Positions 39,452 through 50,259 of a stretch of 64,000 nt of DNA are shown one piece after another; positions within the stretch are counted from its first letter, which is position 1, and each line of letters starts with the position of its first letter. The notes below the pieces were generated by a model that saw only the letters and a list, made by a program, of their open reading frames with translations, was not told where the DNA came from and did no database searches. The DNA is from Camelus dromedarius (taxonomy: Eukaryota). Position numbers and translations under genes: made by a program. The stretch covers positions 46,812,001-46,876,000 of the forward strand of contig NC_087437.1 of the NCBI RefSeq assembly GCF_036321535.1, given 5' to 3'.

Positions 39452-41509
39452 ATTTACACAGAAATAAATTAATGACCTTCCCACAAAATCTAACTTTCAT
39501 TTGGTCTGCATAGTAGTTGGTACTGAAACAATTTGCCACTTTATGTGTTCCTTGAGAAAACCTCTCTTTCAGTCTGAATTCATCAACTCTGCAAAATGTT
39601 AGTAACAGGCACTTAAAATAGAAAGGAAAATAGGAGCAGAATAAATTCATATTTTATAAAAATTACATTCCAGAGTATATCCTGAGGTCCACGTGCATCT
39701 CATCTATTCTTTTACATTATCTTTAAAACTTGAGTGGGAGAGAGCTGTGGGACTGGGGGAGAATTTTGTGACAAACAGAATTCAGGCAATTTAATTACAT
39801 GGAAGCCCTCTGTACCTGGCAGGTCATGTGCAAGTGAAGGGTATGTCTCTGTGGTACGTCTATAAAATCTCTACCCCAGAGCACAAACTTCCTCTTCTAA
39901 TTCCTGTTAATTTTGTAAGGAATTAAGGCTCAAGTGTAGCATCTGTCCCATTTTCCATCTCTACATTGTGTGAATAAATCTTCCCAATATGGATATGCCA
40001 AAAGCAAAGAATAATTCTGACTATCAGTCACTCAAATAGGAAAAGCATTTTAACTTTTAGTTAAAAAAAGGACTTGTTACATCAGGAAAGCTGATGTTGG
40101 GAAGACTCTAGCTATTCAGTTGGCTATTTGAGCATCTCCAAGGCTCCCTCTTTTCTAGTAGCTACATGTTTTTTCAGACCCAGCATTTGACCTATGGAGA
40201 GTCATGAGTAAAGGAGTTCGTAGTCGTAATTCTTCCAGTGGAGTGGAAATTTATTCTGGTCCCTGGCCTGACAGTGCCAACCAGTTCACTTGGGTAGTCC
40301 GGTTTTATGATTTCTGCAGGTCTGGAGGACACCATGCAAAATGGCCCCATCTACCCTCTCCATACATTTTGGGCAATCTTTGTTGATTACATACTGGCAA
40401 TCTGGAGAGAAGGATGAAGTCTATAATGGATGGGGCTGCAGGTAGTATCAGAAAGTCTGACGTTTGTCTCCACTGCAACTTTTTTTGGCATCACAAGCAA
40501 ACATAGGAATGTAGGAAGATCCCAGGGAGTTGCATCCTCCAAGAAGTGAAGGTCTAGGAATACAATGTACTTTTTTCACATTTAACGTATTAGTCAGCTC
40601 TTTCTTGTGAAGGAGTTTCCTATCATTTTTGAGGGCAGTTAAAAGCATTACTACCTGGTTCTAGGGAATATTACTATGGACTCTGGGCATTCAAAGAAAG
40701 AGGAAAAAAGTCAACATATTTTGTACCCCTCTTACTCAGTTTTCATGCCTTATTCAAGATCCAGTCTTAGGAATTCCGTTTCCTTAGCAGGTCACGTGAA
40801 CTCACCTCAACCCTGTTGTCAGCCTTTACTGACTGAGCGTGAAAGAGGACGTCTGGTTCTAGATGACTTACTGATTTCCTCTCTTGGAATCTGCAATTTG
40901 GATCCAAAAGATCTAGTCAGTGTTGTAGGAGCTCGAAGTGTACTGCCTTCCATGTTCATTCAAAAGCGGAAAGAGGTTGTCTGCAGGAAGGCAGAGAAGA
41001 GGAGGTAAGGGGGCTCAGAAAGATGCCAGGGAGAGGCTGGGTGGTAGATGTGCATATGGAGGGGGTGGGGAAGGAGAAGCAAGACAGGGGGACAGAGGGA
41101 GACTGCTGGAGACTAACTTGGCCCCTAACTGCTTGACTCTGTGCTTTAATCCAGTCTACATGAGTTTGTTACTGTCAGCAATTTATTGTTAAGAGACTAT
41201 GAATATATCTGGTAAGCAAATGAAGCATTCCTTCCAAACTATAACAATGCCTGTCATTACAGCATTTGATAATATTTTGATGAATAAATTAAACTTTCTA
41301 TGCATTTAGGAACATTTATTATGTACTTACTACATGGTATGTATATATGTATATGAAATACTTATATACAGATGTATGTGTATATATGTATGTGTGTATT
41401 CTATTTTTTTAGGGAACGCCCTCAAAGAAATTCAACGAGTAGTGCCACTTTCTTATGTTCTCCCCATGCTGAAGAACCAACAAAAACTTCCTAGTAATAT
41501 GTCTTTTGC

Positions 41510-41725
41510 ATAGTGATTAAAAACATGGACTCTGATGTAAGGCTGACTGAAATGTTACAAGGATTAAATAAGTTAATTTATGTGCAGAACTTGGAACCAT
41601 TTCGTAGATATAACACATAACAAGCATTCAAAACTATTATGGCTTATTATTATAATGCCTATTTTCATCATAATTATTACAGCATATAATAAGCATTCAA
41701 AGCTATTGTAGCATTATTATTAATA
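41510..41725 (+). mobile_element. Internally deleted MIR with a duplicated 3' end
   Basis: tagtgattaaaaacatggactctg...ggattaaataagttaat; aagcattcaaa.ctatt occurs twice (near 41622 and 41691). Confidence 0.6.
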
Positions 41726-42347
41726 TCATCATTATTAGAAAGTTGGTTTAGTCCCTGGAGAACTTGTTAGCAAGAGGGAGCTACAAACCTAAAAGAGCAA
41801 ATCCCTGTTTTCAAGGCCCACTAAACTGATTATGGTTAGAAAACAAATCTGCCAAGCTCAGCAAACAAAAACAATATTAAGCTTAGAATGAAGTTTTCTC
41901 CCATTTGGGAGCCAGGTAAGCGGTGGAACGTGGAGCTGAAGAAGGTTGCACAAAGCTGAGGGCAAGTGCTGCACAGATGCTGTTTAGCAATTTGACAAGA
42001 AGACACTGACCAAGACCCTGTGACCCCGAACAGCATGTACTATTTCATAAAAAGCCATGAAGAGACTATTGGGCATCTCCTTTGGAAGATGTATGAGAAC
42101 AACATAGGATCAAGGGTAACTGGTATGGCTAGAGACTTGAGAAATATGAAGAAGTGCTCAAGTCAAGTGCTTTCTTGACTTTTGCTAAGGCTCTGTGTGT
42201 GTGGCCAAAGAAACAAGGATTATAGGAGTGTACTCTTTTCCTTATACATCCACCGTAAATTAATTTTCTTAGCCATTAGAGTACTTAAGATAACCACATA
42301 TTATTATTTAATGTACCTCCTAAGGAGTTTAACAATATCTTAGAATA

Positions 42348-42572
42348 AGTGTGGGTAAACTGTTCTGTGAACGATCAGATAGTAAATACTTTAAGCTTTG
42401 TGAGCCACTGTTTCTCTTTCATAGTTACTCAACTTTTCATGCCATTGTAGCACAAAAAGCAGTCATAGGCAATACCTAAATGAGTGAATGTGACTGTGTT
42501 CCAATAAAACTTTATTTACAAAAATAGGTGCTGGGCTGGATTTAGCTTATGGAATACAGTTTGCCAACCCTC
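42348..42572. mobile_element. MER58A-like hAT-Charlie element
   Basis: cagatagtaaata...ctgtgttccaataaaactttatttacaaaaatagg...tggattt...agtttgccaaccc. Confidence 0.88.
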
Positions 42573-43724
42573 ATCTTAGAAAATTTCAACCAATTTTCCC
42601 CTATAACTTTCGCTTCCAGTGAGTACTTACAAAGGAACTTGCTAGAAACTTCAAAATTGCTTATTCTCTAATGGTTGATGGAGGAAGAAAGCCCACCCCG
42701 CTAGAGCACATATCGAGAAGGACGAAGACACATGATTAGCACGGTCAGCTTCAAGTCACGTCTCAGAAGTGGCATGGTAGAGAAGAGGGAAGAGCAGAGA
42801 CAGAAGGTGCCATTGCCCTAGACATTCTTGTGCATGTGTCACGGTGGGTCTTTGGCAAATCTAGGCCAGAGAATAGAAATAAAACAGATCAAGCTGGGAC
42901 ATTCCTACTAAGATGAGACTGGAGAAAGGCAATTTCATAGGAAAAACTCAACAAATAAGGTTAAATGACCAAAGGGAAAGGACTCAGTACTAACATAGGG
43001 CAGAGTTACTGAACTGTGAATACCACAGAGACAGAGGATATACCTCTTCCTTGTAGGTGAGGCCCCAACACAGAGCCTGCACCAGAAAACACTCAACAAA
43101 TGTTTGCCAATCAAGTGTCAACAAGGAATGCAATCTAACCATACCAACCAACCATATAACTCAGGTGGTGGTCATCGGTGGCGGTCATCATTAAACACTT
43201 TGTCTATATGTAGAAGACGTCCAGTTCAAAAGGTGACCATATAAGAATACAGTTTAGTTTTAGAAAGTAAAAAACAAAGGCCAAGCAGAATCTGTGAACA
43301 ACTTGTAGTGAAGAATAGGATTTCAGTTTTCAAAACGAGCGCTAGCTAAAGCAATAGATAAAATGAGGAGGAAAAGTCCTGCCAGAGCTCCAGACAGGTC
43401 AACACTGGAAGAGGAAGAGTCATAGGAATTAACATATCTAGGCAAAATATGGGCACCTCATGTCTACAGTACTGGATTCCAATATGGTTGATAACAAACG
43501 GGACCTGCCAAAGGGAATCCAAAGGAAGTCAAACAAGGAATCCTTCAGACATGACTGGAACATTGACTTCTAAATGTAGAAAAGATTCTTAGCTCCAAAA
43601 CTCAATAAAGCCAACGGGCCGATTTTCAGGGCCGATTGCCAGGGAAGAATAAAGTTTGTAGACATGGGTGTCCTTTGGATAAAGCCAATAGTGAGAGAGG
43701 ACAGAGGTTGAGATGTTGAGTTAC

Positions 43725-43985
43725 AGTATAATCACTAAGATCATGGACCTTATAGTCAGATCACCCTGGATTTGAACTCAGATCATCCTGGATTTGAACG
43801 TTGATTCTGCCACTTATTGGCTCTACCACATTTGGCTTTGCTCTTAAACAAGTTGTTTAACTTATTTATCCTAAGTTGGCTTTCCTATAAAATGGGTATT
43901 ATAATAGCATGTCATAAGATTACTGTGAAGACTTGAGAAAAATATACAAAGTGCTTTATGTCTGAGTACGTAGCAACTGAACAAT
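43725..43985 (+). mobile_element. MIR SINE containing a 22-bp tandem duplication (43756-43799)
   Basis: tcagatca(c/t)cctggatttgaac x2; ttctgccacttatt; ctataaaatggg. Confidence 0.8.
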
Positions 43986-45560
43986 AAAGGAAAGACTTTA
44001 GGAAGAGAAAAACTAGCAGGGATATGAGTTTGGCATTTCCTACATTCATATTTGTTAAAGCACATCTAGATTTCTCAAAGCACAAGGCTAGGAGCTCTAA
44101 GCCCATTTTTACATTCTCTTTCCTATTTTGACAAGCGTCAACACTCTTGGACGTTGCAACTGTGGCTAAAGGCAATTTCCAGGATAGACTGAGTGCCTCC
44201 AGCAAACCAGAAATCAGTCTGTGGGTTTGGGTTGAAGCTTAGAGGCTGCTGCACTGTGGGGTAGACTGTCAAATTTCCAACTTGAAGAAAAATAGATGAG
44301 CTCCAGAATTACAAGGAGAAAAATTTTTTTCCCCAAAACTCTCTCAAAATCAGCAATTTCTCTTAGATTTTTTTTCTGAAGCCATGAAATGAGCCAAGCA
44401 TGAAATGGTTGTCCTTAGAAGGCTATTTGTCAGAATAGTTCTCCCAGTCCTGTTATGGTCTTAAACTGAACCTTTGGAAGGGTCAAGAGAACACTAGCAT
44501 GTCCCAGTATTCAATGTATCCATGGATTCATCAGCGACAGCTTTTATTCTTAAGAATTTTCTGGGTCACAGTGACCGTTTCCTCCTCAACCAAGGGTCCC
44601 GACTGGACTGAAGATAGAGGAGGACTCAGTATGGGGACAGTGTTCTCAGTCTCCCACAGCTCCCTGGACACAGTGGGCTTCAGAGACTTACTTCCGAAAG
44701 AATGTTCTTTATTTTGTCTACCAAGTAATTAATCAGAGTAAATAGCACTAGTAAATGATATATTGCCTCATGCCAACTGCCTTTTGGAGAAAATTAAAAC
44801 CAGAACTCAAGTGCTATGAAATCTTGTGAAAAATGGCATTTTCTTTTTCCATCTTTTTCTAGCTGTAAGGTGGTTTGGGCTTCCAAGTTCCATTAAACAT
44901 TTCAAATATGTCTTCATTGTGATTAAAAGGCACTTAAAACATCTTCCAAGCTACCTGTGTGATAATAATTCATGCCGAATTTAAATACCATCTTCTTTAG
45001 TTTCCTGAATTGAGAGGAAAAAAATCAAATTAAAAAGAAAACAAAACTTTTAGTTTATACATTTACTTATTTGAAATGATTGAACACAAGACCTACATAG
45101 CCTTGAGGCACTGCAACACGTAAATTATGCTTTCAGTCCTGCAGAATCAATATCGTCATTTGTTATTAATCAATCACCCAAACGGAAAATATCAACAGCA
45201 CAAGGACATTTCATTGGAATTTTCTCTTGGACCTCCTATATCACAATCAATGGGAATATTGCTCAAAAATGGTGATAGCTTGGTCCCACCCAAAACTTAA
45301 TTAATTAGAATATCTGGAGTTGAGACTCAAGAATCTGCTCCTTGGCAAATATGCTAATTCTTGAACAATATAAAATTTGAAAACCAGAATTAGGGATTCT
45401 GTTCTGACACTAGATTCAATAGTCAAAGAACAGGATTTTAAAAACAGAATTATATAAACTTAACAACTTATTTTTTGACATTATAATATAATTAATATAT
45501 TGTACTAATAATTCAATATTATTGCTTTGTCATAAATAGTTTTATTATATTAAAATATTA

Positions 45561-45575
45561 TATTAGTAATTTCTT
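45561..45575 (+). repeat. Left TSD of the STYX retrocopy
   Basis: tattagtaatttctt, identical to 50145-50159. Confidence 0.95.
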
Positions 45576-48500
45576 TTTTTTGAGGTATAATGGCACAACA
45601 GTTTTAATACAACCACCAATCTTCACAAAATAACTTTAATACTTTGTGCCTGAGCTAGCAGCATTTGCACTGTGACATTCCTATACATACATAAGCATTT
45701 TATCCAAGTACAAATGTTAAAAGTAGAGTAACTTGAGCAGTTGCCTATGCAAAGATAAATAGACACTGTAGGTTATTTTTCTTCTTGAATCATTTTTGCT
45801 GCATAGTAAATTGCAACTACATGTCAGTATAATGTTACTGATCTATAGAATACACTTTGAATTGTAAGGTATGGCAACTCCCTATGAGAGAGCTAACATG
45901 TAAACCTAAATATTTTGAGTGATTTTTTTTTTAGCTTCCATGGATGGGTAAGATAAAAAAACCCAGCATTCGAAGACCCTAGAAACTAATTTGTCTAATC
46001 AATAAAAAAGAAAAAAAATTTTAGTAACTTTCAGCTATTTCCTATTACTTCCTTTTTGGAGCACTGACAAATGGACAAAATAAATATTGAAATGAAGCTA
46101 AGTTTGTTATGAAATTATAGTTAAACAGTTATTTGGAAAAAAAAAAAAACCACCAGGTAACTGCTCATTTACTTTACATCAAGTTGAGATTTTGATACAT
46201 GTCTCTATATATGCATCCCAACTTTATAATTCAAGATTGCAGTTAAATACTTCTAAGTCACTTGAATTACCATGGTAATAAGACAATTAGAAACCTTACA
46301 TTTTCTTTAAAAGGACATGCTTAACATTTTCTGACATTACTTCTAAACTCAGATGAAGCACAAAATCCTCCCAAAACAAATATTCTACTCAGAAAGTTAA
46401 GTGGTTGAGAGTTGGTAGCAAAAGCTATCACGGTTTAACTTTTCCAACATAGAGTAGATACAAATAAGTGCTGTTTAAATATTTGATAAGAAATTACCAC
46501 GAACCAATGAAATAAAAATAGAAGATTAAAATACTACCATTCCAGTTTGAATATTTTCAATATTTATGTTTCATACTTTCAAAATGGACAATAAATAGTT
46601 TTTCTATGTTTTGATGTGATGTCATTTTAAATTCTGTGCCCAGATTAATATTTACTGGTTAAAATTGGGTGCTATATCACTCATACATTATTTGAATATT
46701 CTAGAAAGTAAATCATGATTGGTTAACTATCACAAAACAACAGTGGAAATAAAGGAATTATGGAAATAGAACCCAACAGAAGAATAGGCAGAGCTACCAG
46801 AAGAACTAGCTCAACATGAGGTGAAAGAATGGACTCAAGATAAAACAAACTTGTAGTGTTCTTATATGAAAGAAAGAATAAACATTCTGTCCATATTAAT
46901 TAGTACTCAAGAAGATGACAATCCCTTTTTCTAGTGTTTGTGAGAGACAGTCTTTACTATACAGTGCTGGGCAGGCACTTCAGTAACAACATAAAAGTTA
47001 TAGTGGTTAGAAAAAGCGGAAAATTACCAGCTATAAATAAATAAATAACCAAACTTGTATTCGTGGCCAGACTACTGGAGAGGATATGTGTATTTAAGAA
47101 ATTAATTTTAAAAAATCTTAACTGCCTCATTTTTAAGACCTAAATGGACAGGTATGAAGGTCCTTGTAAGCAGTTTTTGCTGAATGAAGCATCAAAGCTT
47201 AACAGACTGCAAAAGAGACTGATGATCTACCTAATAGTGATCTATATACAGGAAAGCTGTGTTATCTGGCACTTTACCAACTGGAATTTCACAGCACTCA
47301 ATGCAAATCTTAACTATACTAGACCACCACACCCAGTGACCTGGTCACACAACAGAGCATGAGACCACATGGGATTAACAATATGCTGTTGTCAGGGTGG
47401 TAAAAACAGGAGAAGGGAAGGGAAATCAGAAAAGGAATACCACCTGGGTCAAAAGGAATTAACAATTAATTAACAAAGCAATTTTGATTCACTTCCACTC
47501 TCCTGCTATGCTGGATAAAAAAAGCTTACACTGTGTTGTTACATCTCAGGGAGGAAAGCAAAGTAGGTAACTTGTAGTAGGTTACCTTGCATAGTACCTG
47601 TTGGTACTAAGGAAATGTATGGAAAACATTTCCATCAGTAGAGCACCTCCAGAGAGAGGACTGAGAAAAGTGAGATACAAAGGAGTTTTGTTTGTGCTAC
47701 CCTAAGTCATCACCTATAAAATGTTAAAAACACTCCTCTCCTCCCCAACATCATTCTTAAAATAGCAGAAGTTTTTCTTAGAACAATTTTTATATGTATA
47801 AATAAAAACATGGAGAACCTAGGATCCATAAAGTGACTCTAATGTAAATTATGCAGGGAAATTTGGATTAACTCAATGTAAAGATTACATTGTATTGATT
47901 ACAATACTAATTTATAATACAACAAACTCTTCCACAATCACTTTCTCCAATAACTGCAACCTCAAAGAAAAGCTTCTAAGTCAGAACAAACTCACAGAAT
48001 CATTAAGACAATATAAAATGGAGTAAATGTTCCATATTCCAATATTCCAAATAGTTTTACCAAGGTTTCTTCAAGCCTTAAAGACTTTCAGTTTGAGCTA
48101 ATTTATGATTTAAAAAAAACAAAACAGAAATTGCAGGGAAATGTTCAAAACTTTTCACTGTTCTACATACTAATTTAGAGGTCATGAGGATTTTTTTAAA
48201 AATTTTTTCTAATGAGGCAAGGCACTTTGGGGGGGGCTTGGTTTAGAAAAAATAGTATTACATTTGCTTATTATATTTACTATTTAGAACCATTTTGGAC
48301 AAAGAAAAAACAGTCTACATAACTCTGAAATGAACAAACACAACATGTGGCTTTTAAGAATGTTAAAGGAAAGTCACTTGAAAGTTTAAAACTCCTTGTT
48401 TTTGAGCATCTGGTATTATAAAGCAAAATACCTTCCTTTTTTCATTAAACTTTTTTTCTGTAGAATAAAATTAGGAAGGTAATAGGAAAGGAAGCAATCC

Positions 48501-49136
48501 TTGGATCATGTTAAAGTAAGGATAGTTGGCTAATGTCATTATCTAAAGATTATTAATAAGGGATCAAGAAGTTTAAAAAAATAAAGGTAATTAAGCTATT
48601 GAATTATACTAAAAAAGAAATGTGGCAGATTCTTGCCTTTGTTAATGTTTATGTAAGAGGCTCCATCATAAAACTGAACTGTAAAATTATTTTTAAATAT
48701 GTAGAACACAAAATGAATTTTTAGCAAATGTTAGGAAATTCTTTTGTTATAAATTACCCAGATTTTATAAACAAATTCCCCCTAACTTACATTTTGTTTA
48801 AAGTAATAATTTTATATCATACAAATAAATTTCAGGTATGAAAAGTGCGTTATCACAATAATACCTCTTTGCAAGTCCAAAATTCTTGGTTTATAATAAA
48901 ACTGTAAAGAATTAAAAAAAAAAAAAAAAAAAAAGGGAGTAAAACCATCAGTGCCATCTATTGCAGAAGTCCAGCCTCTTAAAATGTTGCTCAACAAGTT
49001 GCAGAGAAACACGTCTGGAAGCAACATATAATTGAAAAGAAACTACTTGTGTTTTTACCATTTTACATTATTACTGTCTCTAGTATTTTCTCCTTCCCAA
49101 ATAGAAATTCACATCCTCTATAACGTTGCTCTTGAG

Positions 49137-49799
49137 TCAGCCATTCTGCGCAGTCGCCACTTGTATGTTTCCAAAATACTCTTCTTCATGTGTTCTCTTC
49201 AAACTGCCTGTGGTACCAGAATGAACAGATAACGACCTTTCTATCTGAAGTGGCAACATCACCTGTATTGTTAATTTTTCTAAATAGATGGCTTCATATT
49301 CCTGAAGTTGAAGGACAAATCCAGCACTAGGATTAATACAAAATCTTCTTTCTTGAACAAAATGCATCTCTGTACTTCATTCCAAACGTTACCATAATGT
49401 ATGCAATAATAAAGGCAGCACTCCTGGAGATCCCTCCATTCCCATGGACAAGAACTTTTCCTCCACTTTGTAAGCTCCCATCAATAAACTCTCTAGTCAT
49501 GGGGAAAAAAAAGTATTATATTTTCAACTGGATTATCTGCAATATCCAAGACTAAATATCTAAATAGTTGTTGAAAGTTGGGTTTAATAGTTTGCTTCAA
49601 TATTTTGTCTTATACATATTATATGAGTTATTCCATATTTCTTTATTATAGGTAGCTTGCTTTTCATAGCTGAAGAATATGGGCCTAAAAACAGTCCAGG
49701 TAAAATTTCCTACATCTCTCGTCTCACAGTATAGGTCCACTCGTCGGCGGCTTCTTTGCACTGTGGGAGCGCGGGCAACTCCAGCCTCACGTCCTCCAC
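49137..49799 (-). pseudogene. STYX: Disabled STYX coding region
   Basis: Start ATG>GTG (49797-49799), TAG at codon 30, indels of -2 (near 49589), +1 (near 49505), -5 (near 49361) and -3 near the C-terminus; net -9 gives 663 nt versus 672 nt for the 223-aa STYX I recall; Gly in place of the catalytic Cys (HG at 49446-49441), as is characteristic of STYX. Confidence 0.95.
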
Positions 49800-50115
49800 G
49801 GTCCGGCCGCGAGCTTGGGGGTGGGGGGTGGGAGTTACCCGGCCGGCCCGACCCGCGAGCTGGCAGTGGCGGTGAGAGGTAGCAGGACGGGTAGACCGGA
49901 GGACTGAAGGGTAGACAGCGGTCTTACACTAAAACACGCAGACTAAAGGGACCCAGCGACTCCGGCGGCGGCGGCAGCGGCGGCGGCGACAGCCAGGAAG
50001 AGGCGGTGGAGCGGCTCGTGCCCAGCCGCCATGCTGCTGCCGTCTCCCTTCCCGCGAGTCTCCGCGCCCCTCGGGCCGCCCAGGTTCCGGCACCAGCACG
50101 AGCCCTACAACCGTC
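49740..50115. promoter_or_regulatory. CpG-island-like segment derived from the STYX 5' leader and first codons
   Basis: About 43 CpGs in about 375 bp (hand count), with GCC repeats and G-runs; promoter activity not shown. Confidence 0.6.
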
Positions 50116-50144
50116 TCCCCTCCTTCCTCCCCACCCTCCCAATG

Positions 50145-50159
50145 TATTAGTAATTTCTT
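50145..50159 (+). repeat. Right TSD of the STYX retrocopy
   Basis: tattagtaatttctt followed by aaaa; minus strand reads TTTT/AAGAAA, an L1 endonuclease-type site. Confidence 0.95.
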
Positions 50160-50259
50160 AAAACCAAATCATTTTTTAAAATTCTGAATCAAATATGCAA
50201 TGTATGTATCTTTTCTTATTGGCACCATATATATTACACTTAACTGGAATTTTTTTTAA

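Larger units (their letters stand above)
45574..50144 (-). pseudogene. STYX: Processed pseudogene (retrocopy) of STYX, serine/threonine/tyrosine-interacting pseudophosphatase, with 5'UTR, disabled CDS, long 3'UTR and poly(A)
   Basis: Intronless minus-strand translation: VEDVRLELPALPQCKEAADEWTYTVRREM*EILPGLFLGPYSSAMKSKLP...YLVLDIADNPVENII...FIDGSLQSGGKVLVHGNGGISRSAAF...VQERRFCINPSAGF...VATAQNG; T8 at 45574-45581; ATTAAA at 45603-45608(-); 15-bp TSD. Confidence 0.97.

Noticed and set aside
49137..49367. 76-aa ORF matching the STYX C-terminus as a functional CDS
   Set aside because: Its ATG is in frame only because of a 5-nt deletion; the upstream CDS has a lost start, a stop codon and frameshifts.
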